Source of the DNA: an uncultured Chloracidobacterium sp.
GTDB lineage: Bacteria; Acidobacteriota; Blastocatellia; Pyrinomonadales; Pyrinomonadaceae
Assembly: GCA_964608335.1 (NCBI GenBank)
Contig: CAZSOE010000001.1
Coordinates: 1 to 25,717, forward strand
Direction of reading: 5' to 3'
Length of the DNA stretch: 25,717 nucleotides
This document shows, one piece after another, positions 7,905 through 16,432 of this stretch (positions are counted from its first letter, which is position 1; every line of letters starts with the position of its first letter). The translations under genes were made by a program, and so were the position numbers. The notes below the pieces were generated by a model. It ran no database searches and was not told where the DNA came from. It saw nothing but the letters and a program-made list of their open reading frames with translations.

Positions 7905-10193
7905 ATGACAACCCGAAGTTTTAGGACAATAAGAGCCACGGTCGTCACAAACAAGATTATATTCATCGTTCTCATGGTGATCGGAGGGCTCGTTCTCACC
8001 GCGCCAAACCTGTGGGCCCAAACGCCGTCCCCGACCCCTTCCGAGAGTTTAACGACCGTTGGCGACTATGAAATAACTTCCAGTATAGAACTAGGGGTCC
8101 GCGGGCTTAAGGCTACTGGCAGCGACGAAAAATTTCGGAGTGATCTTAACTATCGCCCGGGCTTTCGGGTCTTTGACTCCAGCTTCCGGATGGAAACCAA
8201 ACGCGGAAAAGGGAAGCCATTTGATTCGTTGACGGTGACGTCGTCAGGCTGGAGTGGAGACCCCTCGGGCTTTGTTCGCGTAAATGCCGAAAAGAGTGGA
8301 GGATACACGCTTAATGCCAACCTTCGCCGTGTCAATCTGATCAATCGAGTCAATAATTTGATCCTTGCTCTTCATCCCTCGAATACAAGGCGTTACTTTG
8401 GTGATGTTGATTTGACGGTCTTTCCCGAAAGCCAAAACCTGCGGCTCCGTTTCGGAACATCGTTTTACAACGCTCGTGGAGCTCGAGGAGCTTCTTATCG
8501 AACGAGGGATGTCTTCCCTATTACGGAGAGGCTTCGGTCCGACACGATCGACCTACGCGGCGGGATCGATACCAAACTGGCGGGCTTTAATCTTTCACTT
8601 ACGGCGGGCGTAAGAGACTTTAATGACAGAGGAAGATTTGTGGTTGAAACGCGACAAGTGGGCGTTGCCGGAAGTTGTTTCTTCGGAGTCTGCATCTCGC
8701 CAACTGATATCAATTTCCTCAATCGGCTCGAAAGGCAAAACCCGACGGACGGAAAGACCAAGTACGGGATGTTCAGCATGCAGCGAACATTTGCGAAGAG
8801 ACTCGATCTTACGGGACGTTTTATTTATTCGGATACCGATCGGGATTTTAACATTCTTGATAACGTTAACTACGATGGTCAACTCAGGTATACGAATACT
8901 GCGGGGTCAAGCGTAACGTCGCCCGCCCTTTTTGCTGATGCGGACACCTACGAGATCACTGGTAGAGCAAAACGTCCGCAATCGAGAGGAGATGTGGGTT
9001 TGACGTTTGCTGCTACCAACAAGTTTAGGATCTCCAATACCTTTACGTTCGATCAATACAATAGCTTTGGCGATACCAATTACTACAATAAGCTTATCGC
9101 GAGGTGTCAGGTTGCTTCGGGTTCAACTTGTCCGGTGGCCGGTGGTCCGTTTGTAGCCGGTCTGGCGGGTGTTTCGTTCCTTGATACCAGGACGTTGTAC
9201 TGGTACTCGTATGGCTTCAAACGCTTTACAAACACCATCGAAGGAGATTACCAATTCAATAACAAAGTCGGGATCAATCTTGGGTACCGTTTTACTCATA
9301 GAAAGATAAGGCTTGCCCATGTCAATCGGATCGTCGATGATCTGGTTAACCGTCCGGTAAGCTCTTTCGTCTCGGTTTCGGCCGATGATGAGGAAGAAGA
9401 AAACACGGCTCATATTTTGTTGTTCGGAACCAAGATCAAGCCGACGTCAAACTGGACGATCTTTGCCGATGGCGAACGTGGGGAGGCAGACAACGCCTTT
9501 ATCCGATTGGCAAACTATGACTACACGAATTTCCGGGTCAGGAGCAACTGGAATTACAAAGAATTTACCTTCAACGTCTCGGGAATCATCCGGAATAACG
9601 AAAATCCCTCGCAGCCCGTCGATCCGAACACCGGTGTTCCCTTGGCGGCCCCATTCTTCGTGGCCAACGTTCGCACCCGTACCTTCTCCTCATATGTTGA
9701 TTATGTCCCAGACCCGCGATGGACGTTGAGCACCGGCTACACTTATAATTTTCTAACCAGCAAGACCGATATCGAGTTGCCTTCCCTCGGCCGGGGATTT
9801 AGCGAATTCTATATGAAGGACAACTATTTCTTCGTGGACGTTTCCGCACATCCGGTCAACCGGGTATCGTTTTATGGGAGTTACCGGTACAACAAGGATA
9901 GCGGTCAGGGGGATCGAGTTTCACCCACTCTGCTGCAGATCATCAGCTCATATCCCTTCCAGTCACATGTGCCTGAATTCCGGATAGCCATCAAGCTGAG
10001 CAAGAACATTGATTGGAATGTGGGGTACCAGTATAACGATTACAAAGAAAAACTTCAGATCGGCTACTATCTCTATAACGAACTGACCACAAATACTATC
10101 CCGCCAAATGCAGTTTATGCCCCGAACCAAAACTACAGAGCTCATCTGCCGTATACTTCTTTGAGAATATATTTCGGCGGCCGGGAACGGTAA
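7905..10193 (+). CDS. mtrB: Outer-membrane beta-barrel porin, MtrB/PioB-like, 762 aa
   Basis: Directly follows the decaheme gene (RBS GAGGAGG); signal peptide; alternating amphipathic strands rich in Y/F/G/N; ends LRIYF plus a short tail. Assignment rests on size, fold pattern and synteny. Confidence 0.75.
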   Translation: MTTRSFRTIRATVVTNKIIFIVLMVIGGLVLTAPNLWAQTPSPTPSESLTTVGDYEITSSIELGVRGLKATGSDEKFRSDLNYRPGFRVFDSSFRMETKRGKGKPFDSLTVTSSGWSGDPSGFVRVNAEKSGGYTLNANLRRVNLINRVNNLILALHPSNTRRYFGDVDLTVFPESQNLRLRFGTSFYNARGARGASYRTRDVFPITERLRSDTIDLRGGIDTKLAGFNLSLTAGVRDFNDRGRFVVETRQVGVAGSCFFGVCISPTDINFLNRLERQNPTDGKTKYGMFSMQRTFAKRLDLTGRFIYSDTDRDFNILDNVNYDGQLRYTNTAGSSVTSPALFADADTYEITGRAKRPQSRGDVGLTFAATNKFRISNTFTFDQYNSFGDTNYYNKLIARCQVASGSTCPVAGGPFVAGLAGVSFLDTRTLYWYSYGFKRFTNTIEGDYQFNNKVGINLGYRFTHRKIRLAHVNRIVDDLVNRPVSSFVSVSADDEEEENTAHILLFGTKIKPTSNWTIFADGERGEADNAFIRLANYDYTNFRVRSNWNYKEFTFNVSGIIRNNENPSQPVDPNTGVPLAAPFFVANVRTRTFSSYVDYVPDPRWTLSTGYTYNFLTSKTDIELPSLGRGFSEFYMKDNYFFVDVSAHPVNRVSFYGSYRYNKDSGQGDRVSPTLLQIISSYPFQSHVPEFRIAIKLSKNIDWNVGYQYNDYKEKLQIGYYLYNELTTNTIPPNAVYAPNQNYRAHLPYTSLRIYFGGRER

Positions 10194-10206
10194 AGTTCGT
10201 TGAGAC

Positions 10207-10247
10207 AAAAAAGGCGTATCTGGAAGCAGATACGCCTTTTGCTTTTT
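10207..10247 (+). terminator. Intrinsic (possibly bidirectional) terminator between the porin and Rieske genes
   Basis: AAAAGGCGTATCTG-GAAG-CAGATACGCCTTTT perfect stem, then GCTTTTT. Confidence 0.75.
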
Positions 10248-10401
10248 GAAAGCAACTCTTCCCGGGAAAGTTCGGCGGCGGCCGAAAAGATGTTGGCTTC
10301 CGGCCAGGCCCAGGCTTGTAACTCAATAGGTGGACCTGCGTCGCGGAAAGTAGTTGTTCTGGAACGCTGTTTAGTGTCTTGCTCAAAGAGGAGAGTCGGT
10401 T

Positions 10402-10860
10402 GTGCCTGAGGAATTCGAAGTCAAACCAGAAGAAAAAATCGGTAGGCGAAGATTATTAGATTATCTATTAGGAACAAGCACTTTCGCCACACTGGTTGCT
10501 ATCTTTTATCCGGTGCTCAAATTCATGATCCCGCCGGAAGTTGTCGAGGCGCAGCAGAACTCGGTCGTCGCCGGGAAAAACGCTGACTTCCCTCCTAATA
10601 GCGGAAAGATCTTCAAGTTCGGCAGCAAGCCAGGCCTGATGATCCGAACGGAATCGGGCGAGTTGAAGGCATTCTCGGCTAGCTGCACCCATCTTGACTG
10701 CATCGTTCAATACGACCCAGCGTCGAAATCGATCATTTGTGCCTGCCATAACGGCAAGTACGATCTTGCGGGCAAGAACATCGCCGGTCCGCCGCCCCGG
10801 CCCTTGGATGAATTCATCGTAAATGTGAAAGGAGATGAGATCACCGTAACGAAGGCGTGA
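10402..10860 (+). CDS. qcrA: Rieske [2Fe-2S] subunit of a Rieske/cytochrome b complex, 152 aa
   Basis: Tat-like anchor [10 protein letters not shown] plus a TM helix; boxes CTHLDC and CACHNGKY with the disulfide Cys pair retained; C-terminal GPPPRPL. Confidence 0.92.
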   Translation: MPEEFEVKPEEKIGRRRLLDYLLGTSTFATLVAIFYPVLKFMIPPEVVEAQQNSVVAGKNADFPPNSGKIFKFGSKPGLMIRTESGELKAFSASCTHLDCIVQYDPASKSIICACHNGKYDLAGKNIAGPPPRPLDEFIVNVKGDEITVTKA

Positions 10861-10867
10861 TCAGTTT

Positions 10868-11935
10868 GTGATAAAAGCGGACGCAGTGTTTTCGTGGCTA
10901 GATGAGCGGCTCGGCCTCAGCTCGCTGTTTGCGTTTGCGCAAAAAAAAGAAGTCCCGATGCATCGTCATTCCGTCTGGTACTACTTTGGCGGAATGACGC
11001 TGTTCCTGTTTACGGTGCAGGTTGTCACCGGCATTCTCCTACTGCTGTATTACCGGCCTAGCGCGGAGAACGCGTTCGAGAGTGTTCAATTTATCATTAC
11101 CGAGGTTCAGTTCGGGTGGCTGATACGCTCGGTACACAGTTGGTCGGCAAATCTGCTGATACTTGCGCTGTTCATCCACATGTTCAGCGTCTATTTCATG
11201 AGCGCATATCGCTCGCCCCGCGAGATAACGTGGGTGACTGGCGTCCTGCTGCTTTTCATCAGCATCGGTTTTGGTTTCAGCGGCTATCTTCTGCCGTGGA
11301 ACAAGCTGGCGTTTTTTGCGACAAAGGTCGGAACCGACATCGCCGGCGTCGTTCCGCTCGTGGGTCATGGATTGATGCGCTTCCTGCGAGGCGGGGATGA
11401 CGTCACCGGAGCAACCTTGACACGATTCTTCGGGTTTCACGTTGCCGTGCTGCCGGCGATCTCTACCGTGCTCATTGCCATGCATGTCTTGCTTGTCCAA
11501 AAGCACGGCATGAGCGTCCCGCCGGGCGTCGAAAACGACGAATCTAAGAAGATGAAGTTCGTCCCGAACTTTCTGCTCCGCGACCTGATCGGCTGGATAC
11601 TCGCCGTCGGTGTTCTAGCCGCGCTCGCTGCGATCTTTCCGTGGGAGCTTGGCGAAAAGGCCGACGCGTTCGCACCCGCACCGGAAGGCATAAAGCCCGA
11701 GTGGTACTTTCTCTTTATGTTTCAGACGCTGAAGTATCTGCCCGCGAAGATACTGTTTATCGACGGGGAAGTGCTCGGCATACTTGCGTTCGCCGGCGGC
11801 GGATTGTTTTGGGCTATCGTACCGTTCATAAACAGAACGCCCGGTCACGGAACGCGAAAGCTGGTTTTTAATATCATCGGCATCTTCATTGTCGCGTTCA
11901 TCGCGGTGATGACGATCGTCGGTTATCTGAGTTAG
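10868..11935 (+). CDS. qcrB: Cytochrome b of a Rieske/cyt b complex (b6-like and subunit IV-like parts in one chain), 355 aa
   Basis: Four heme b His (SVHSW...FIHM; GFHV...AMHV), GYLLPW, and Qo motif IKPEWYF. Confidence 0.93.
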   Translation: MIKADAVFSWLDERLGLSSLFAFAQKKEVPMHRHSVWYYFGGMTLFLFTVQVVTGILLLLYYRPSAENAFESVQFIITEVQFGWLIRSVHSWSANLLILALFIHMFSVYFMSAYRSPREITWVTGVLLLFISIGFGFSGYLLPWNKLAFFATKVGTDIAGVVPLVGHGLMRFLRGGDDVTGATLTRFFGFHVAVLPAISTVLIAMHVLLVQKHGMSVPPGVENDESKKMKFVPNFLLRDLIGWILAVGVLAALAAIFPWELGEKADAFAPAPEGIKPEWYFLFMFQTLKYLPAKILFIDGEVLGILAFAGGGLFWAIVPFINRTPGHGTRKLVFNIIGIFIVAFIAVMTIVGYLS

Positions 11936-11948
11936 ATGAGACAGTCAA

Positions 11949-13259
11949 ATGATCGGCCATAAAAACCAAAGACCAAATCCCCTGCGTCAAGTGGCGGTGT
12001 GGTCTCTGTTGCTGTGCGTTGCGCTCACGGCAGCCCTGTTGAGGTGTGTCGTCCAGACCTCGGCGCAAAGCAATAACTCATGTATCGCGTGTCACTCGAC
12101 TCTGGATGGGCCGCTCGGTGAGCCGGCTAAGTTGTTCGAGCATGACATTCATCGCGCACGAGGCCTCGCATGCAACGACTGTCACGGCGGAAACCCCAAC
12201 CGTGCCGATAAGGAAGGCGCGAAAGATCTAGGCTGGGGGTACGTCGCCAAGCCGACCGCCCAGCAAATACCTGCCTTCTGCGGGAAATGCCACAGCGATG
12301 CCGCATTCATGAAGAAGTACAACCCGGGCTTACGCGTCGATCAGGTGCAGGAATACTTCACAAGCGTTCACGGCAACAGGCTTAAGACCGGGGATAAGAA
12401 CGTGGCGACCTGCGTAAGCTGTCACGGTGTCCACGGTATACGAGCGCCGAACGATCCGTTGTCATCCGTCTATGGCGCGAACGTTGCCGAAACTTGTTCA
12501 AAGTGTCATAGCGATGCGGCAAAGATGGGCCAATATGGCATTGCGCACGACCAATATGAGAAGTACAAGACGAGCGTCCATGCTCGAGCACTCTATGAAA
12601 AGCGCGATCTCTCGGCGCCGAGCTGCAACGATTGTCATGGAAATCACGGAGCCGTGCCTCCCGGGATCGATACGGTGGCGAACGTTTGCGGTCAGTGTCA
12701 CGGCAGGCAAGCCGAGCTGTTCCAAAAGAGTCCGCATAAGGAACCGTTTCTAAAACTTCAAAAAGGGGAGTGTCTGAAATGTCACAGCAACCACGATATC
12801 CAGCCGCCAACCGACGCAATGGCTGGCGTCGGACCAGGCTCGGCCTGCACTTCATGCCATAGCAATGACGCCGGATCGGCCGCTGCGGAAAAGATCGGGA
12901 CCGGATTGACCGGCCTGAGCTCAAAGATCGATGCGGCCAAAGAGATCCTTCATCTGGCGGAAAAGGCGGGCATGGAAGTCAGCCGTCCGAAATTCGAGCT
13001 GGGCGAGGCGACCGACGGCCTCACTCAGGCTCGAGTGCTTATCCATTCCGCGTCCGCAGATGAGGTCACGGCGGCGATCGCACCGGCAATGGAGATCGCC
13101 GACAAAGGTGTAAAGGCCGGGGAGAACGCATTTGCTGAGCTCGCCTACAGGCGAAAGGGGCTCGGTGTGTCGCTCGTTTTCATTCTATTCCTGGCGCTAT
13201 TGGTTTATTTGAAGATCCGTCAGATCGAAGCTCAGCCGACGCCCGATCCTAGTACTTAA
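11949..13259 (+). CDS. Nonaheme c-type cytochrome with C-terminal membrane anchor (third subunit of the Rieske/cyt b complex), 436 aa
   Basis: Signal peptide; 9 CXXCH (CIACH, CNDCH, CGKCH, CVSCH, CSKCH, CNDCH, CGQCH, CLKCH, CTSCH); helical stalk then TM LGVSLVFILFLALLVYL. Confidence 0.88.
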   Translation: MIGHKNQRPNPLRQVAVWSLLLCVALTAALLRCVVQTSAQSNNSCIACHSTLDGPLGEPAKLFEHDIHRARGLACNDCHGGNPNRADKEGAKDLGWGYVAKPTAQQIPAFCGKCHSDAAFMKKYNPGLRVDQVQEYFTSVHGNRLKTGDKNVATCVSCHGVHGIRAPNDPLSSVYGANVAETCSKCHSDAAKMGQYGIAHDQYEKYKTSVHARALYEKRDLSAPSCNDCHGNHGAVPPGIDTVANVCGQCHGRQAELFQKSPHKEPFLKLQKGECLKCHSNHDIQPPTDAMAGVGPGSACTSCHSNDAGSAAAEKIGTGLTGLSSKIDAAKEILHLAEKAGMEVSRPKFELGEATDGLTQARVLIHSASADEVTAAIAPAMEIADKGVKAGENAFAELAYRRKGLGVSLVFILFLALLVYLKIRQIEAQPTPDPST

Positions 13260-14880
13260 CTTTTTCGTAGCTTCCCGAATGACAATCCGCACACTGGAAT
13301 CTTGAGATATCTCCAAGATTCAATGGGTGCTTGAACGAGCGGTCGCCCTTGTGACAAGCGGCGCATTGCCAGGTGTTTCGGTCGCCCAGATTCAGCGGGT
13401 GCTGAAACTTGCCATCATTTATCGCGATCGCCTGACCCTTGTAAGTTTGCTCGATCGTTACATGGCAAATGTTGCACTCATTCCGGATCACCTTGCCGTC
13501 CGGGCTGAAATGCTGACCGTCGTGACACCGGAAACAACCCTGCGAATTGAAATGCCCGATGTTCGAGGCATGAGACGACCAATCGGTCTTCATCTCAGGG
13601 AAGAAGTACGTCTGGTAGAGGCGTTTGACCTCGGCGATCGCTGCGTCCACTACGGCGCGCTTGGTCGAATAGATATCCGGGTGACTCGTTTGATAATACC
13701 GCCCAAGATCGTTCTCGATCGACGCAAGAGCCTCCTCGGTCGTCGCATATGGGCGAGTCAGCGTCTCGACCGCCTGGGCCTTGATGAAGGGTAGCTCGAT
13801 AGGTAATTTGCCTGCGTCGAGCGATCTGTCGACCGAGTCGTTAGGCGAAAGATAGATGTGCGCCGGGCGGCTGTGACAGTCGATGCAGTCCATTGTCCGT
13901 TTTGGCATGTCGCGGACTTGGTTTGCGGTGAGACTCGAGTTTCTTGCCGAGTATTCGACGACGCGGCCATTTGCGTCCTTCATCCGGACCCACGGGATGA
14001 CCTGCCGCTTCTCGTCCGTCGAGATGAACGTGACTTCATTGGCGACATTCATATGCCAGTGAATGCCGCCGACCTGCCCGGCGTTCGGATTTCCGCCCCC
14101 GACCTTTACCAGCATCCGCGTACGGTTCAAGGTATTCTGCTCGTCATACGCGTAGTGGTTGAAGACCTTCAGCTTCTCGCCGTGGTATTTTTCGGACCAG
14201 TGACACTTTTGGCACGTCTCGGTCGCCGAGCGCATGTTGTGGACCGGCGTATTGATCGGTTTATTGTAATGTCCGGAAACAACGCCGTAGAGTTGTCGAA
14301 TACCAGTGAACTTTGATCGTACATACGCCTCGGGCCCGCCGCCGACATGACATTCGACGCAGCGGATGCTCGCGTGAGGCGACGCATTATAGGCGACATA
14401 TTCCGGTTTCATCACCGAGTGACACGCGAGACCGCAGAAAGCCACGGATTCCGTATATTCGTAGGCCCGATAACTGCCGAACGCACTCATGAACAGAAAA
14501 GCAAAAGCTACGCACAGCTTTACGACGAACGATCGTCGGGCACGCGGATCGTTCAGGTCGAGCACCGGATATGCAGCGATCTCAGCCTGTGAGAGCTTAC
14601 GCCTTCGTCGACGCTCGAGAAGTGCACCGAAAAATGCGACGGCGAGGCCGAAGATCAGAACGGAAGGAACGAGGATGAACGTGATCAAATCGCTGTAGGG
14701 ATTTGTGCTGGGATCGAGGATCTCAATGAGAAACAGAAGGGCAAAACTCGTCAGACCGGCCGCGGCGATTGCAAGACCGATGAAACTTACGTAATTCCTA
14801 AATAAACTAGGAACGCGCGGACCGCCAGCGTCTCCCGCGTGGTCCTCGCGCATTTTGGGTTCTTTTTCCTTGTCGCTCAT
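13249..14880 (-). CDS. imcH: ImcH-like inner-membrane NapC/NirT-domain multiheme cytochrome, 543 aa
   Basis: Three N-terminal TM helices, NapC-like YTESVAFCGLACH (CX3CH), then 7 CXXCH. Start set at ATG 14880 (SD AGGAGA). The architecture matches Geobacter ImcH as I recall it; not aligned. Confidence 0.72.
   Translation of the reverse strand: MSDKEKEPKMREDHAGDAGGPRVPSLFRNYVSFIGLAIAAAGLTSFALLFLIEILDPSTNPYSDLITFILVPSVLIFGLAVAFFGALLERRRRRKLSQAEIAAYPVLDLNDPRARRSFVVKLCVAFAFLFMSAFGSYRAYEYTESVAFCGLACHSVMKPEYVAYNASPHASIRCVECHVGGGPEAYVRSKFTGIRQLYGVVSGHYNKPINTPVHNMRSATETCQKCHWSEKYHGEKLKVFNHYAYDEQNTLNRTRMLVKVGGGNPNAGQVGGIHWHMNVANEVTFISTDEKRQVIPWVRMKDANGRVVEYSARNSSLTANQVRDMPKRTMDCIDCHSRPAHIYLSPNDSVDRSLDAGKLPIELPFIKAQAVETLTRPYATTEEALASIENDLGRYYQTSHPDIYSTKRAVVDAAIAEVKRLYQTYFFPEMKTDWSSHASNIGHFNSQGCFRCHDGQHFSPDGKVIRNECNICHVTIEQTYKGQAIAINDGKFQHPLNLGDRNTWQCAACHKGDRSFKHPLNLGDISRFQCADCHSGSYEKVKY
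13273..13407 (-). repeat. Tandem 24-aa (72-nt) heme-motif duplication at the C-terminus of the ImcH-like protein
   Basis: FQHPLNLGDRNTWQCAACHKG / FKHPLNLGDISRFQCADCHSG. Confidence 0.9.
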
Positions 14881-14905
14881 TCCGTCTCCTATGATATACG
14901 CGAAT

Positions 14906-14992
14906 GCAGACAAGCCAAGGCCGCCCGCCTTGGCTCGCCGGACTCATTCAAATCTCCGGTTTGCCTTGGCTCAGGCGGCCGTGGCTGTCTGC
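14906..14992 (-). repeat. GC-rich inverted/direct repeat element between the cyt c and imcH-like genes
   Basis: Outer arms GCAGAC-AGCCAcGGCCGCC / GGCGGCCtTGGCT-t-GTCTGC; inner CCGGA/TCCGG hairpin; GAGCCAAGGC occurs twice (14927-14936, 14963-14972). Confidence 0.7.
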
Positions 14993-15017
14993 CAACTGGC
15001 CTATCGTCACCCAGATC

Positions 15018-15356
15018 TTAGTCGGCCTTTTTTAGTCCCCGCATGTACTCGGCCAGGGCTTTTGCCTCGGCTTCGGTCATGCCCTTTGCCTCAAAGCCCG
15101 GCATGTACGGAGGTTTTTCTCCCTTCCGGCCTTTGAGGATCGCTTGAACGTGAACGTCTTCCGACTTCGTCGCATCGTAAAACTTCGAAGCATTCGGTAA
15201 ATGGCAAGCCGCGCATTTCGCCTTGTAAGCCGCGGCCGGATCGTCAACAGCGCTTGGGACAAGGTCCCGGGCACGAGCTGTCTTGAACACAAAAAGCGAC
15301 ACGATCGCCGCCGCGAACATCATGATTGCGATAACTTTTATTCGATTGATCCTCAT
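15018..15356 (-). CDS. Monoheme class I cytochrome c, periplasmic, 112 aa
   Basis: Signal peptide ending TARA; single CAACH; distal Met in PYMPGF. Start at ATG 15356 with SD GAGGAAGA, not 15458. Confidence 0.88.
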   Translation of the reverse strand: MRINRIKVIAIMMFAAAIVSLFVFKTARARDLVPSAVDDPAAAYKAKCAACHLPNASKFYDATKSEDVHVQAILKGRKGEKPPYMPGFEAKGMTEAEAKALAEYMRGLKKAD

Positions 15357-15398
15357 CGTTTCTTCCTCGAATTCGGGGTGTTCCCAGCAGTTATCACG

Positions 15399-15414
15399 TG
15401 CAAAGAGCATGCCC
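15399..15414 (-). promoter_or_regulatory. sigma54 -24/-12 promoter for the monoheme cyt c / imcH-like genes
   Basis: Minus strand GGGCAT-GCTCT-TTGCA, exact spacing, 42 nt before the ATG. Confidence 0.72.
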
Positions 15415-15510
15415 GTCGTCGCGGAAGATCGGCACTCCCATAACTCCAAATAGAACAACGAGTTACGATAGCAACGATCCGGCGTTACCGGGTCGCAGAA
15501 CTTAGTTCAC

Positions 15511-15526
15511 CGCGTAAAATTCCACA
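15511..15526. promoter_or_regulatory. Putative upstream activator site
   Basis: CGCGT-AAAATT-CCACA, about 100 bp upstream of the 15399-15414 sigma54 site. Confidence 0.5.
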
Positions 15527-15540
15527 CCTTGCGCGGGACG

Positions 15541-16422
15541 CTAAAACCTAAAACGATCGCCTTGGTGGCACCGCTTACAATTCGCAAAATCGTCGGGTCC
15601 GAACGCACGCTTTCCGTTGTGGCAACCTCCGCAGCTGAGCGAGTTCGCGGGAGCGAAGTGCATTGACGCCAGGGGCGACGAGACCTGCCGTCCGCGAGCC
15701 GAACCCGCGCGGACCGTATGACAGGTCGCACAACTCATTCCCTCCGAAATATGTCTCGCATGGCTGAATCGGAGCTGAAACGCCCTCGTCCATTCTGGGG
15801 TTCGCACCAGCCGTCCGGGCTGATGACACGTGCTGCACGATGCCATCCCGGTCGATGCGTTTGCCGAATGGCACCGGAAGCAGGTGGCGTGGGCCGATGA
15901 GCCCGACGGGATCGACCGTGCGACTCCATTCCTTTGCGACGCGTGGCATGTAGCACAGCCTGTGCGCTGGTGCTTCGCATGATTGAACCTGGCTGCGAAA
16001 CTTCGCAACGGAGGAAACCGTTTCATTGCACCTGTCTCTGGATTAGTGTGACAGATCGTGCAGATCGGGCTCGACCGATCATTGAACTGAGCGGTATGAC
16101 AACCTGCACATGGCAGGTGGTTCACCTTGCCCGGAAAACCCATTCGAGGACTGTTCGTGTCCCGTCGGTGACAGATCAGGCAAGGTAAGCGCGAGTGAAA
16201 TTGGTTGCTGTGCGTAAACCGTGCAAAATCGGCCGCAGCATTTCCAGCAGGCTCGACTGATCCGTTTTCCGTCCAAGGCCCGATCTCAAAACCATGGGCC
16301 CGCCCCGACGAGGAAACATAGACAAACAGCAAGCCGCACGCGATTATGATCAGAACCTGAGTCAGCCGGCGAATAGTGATCGCTCTGGGTACTGCCTGCA
16401 AGTTATTGATATCGTGTGACAT
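15541..16422 (-). CDS. Nonaheme cytochrome made of three c7-type triheme modules, 293 aa
   Basis: Signal peptide; 9 CXXCH in three repeats of FxH-x2/4-H..CXXCH..H..CXXCH..CXXCH. Confidence 0.85.
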   Translation of the reverse strand: MSHDINNLQAVPRAITIRRLTQVLIIIACGLLFVYVSSSGRAHGFEIGPWTENGSVEPAGNAAADFARFTHSNQFHSRLPCLICHRRDTNSPRMGFPGKVNHLPCAGCHTAQFNDRSSPICTICHTNPETGAMKRFPPLRSFAARFNHAKHQRTGCATCHASQRNGVARSIPSGSSAHATCFRCHSANASTGMASCSTCHQPGRLVRTPEWTRAFQLRFSHARHISEGMSCATCHTVRAGSARGRQVSSPLASMHFAPANSLSCGGCHNGKRAFGPDDFANCKRCHQGDRFRF

Positions 16423-16432
16423 AACCAGGCGA

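Noticed and set aside
10359-10375. sigma54-like TGGAAC-GCTGT-TTAGT before the Rieske gene
   Set aside because: The -12 GC is absent and no convincing activator site is nearby.
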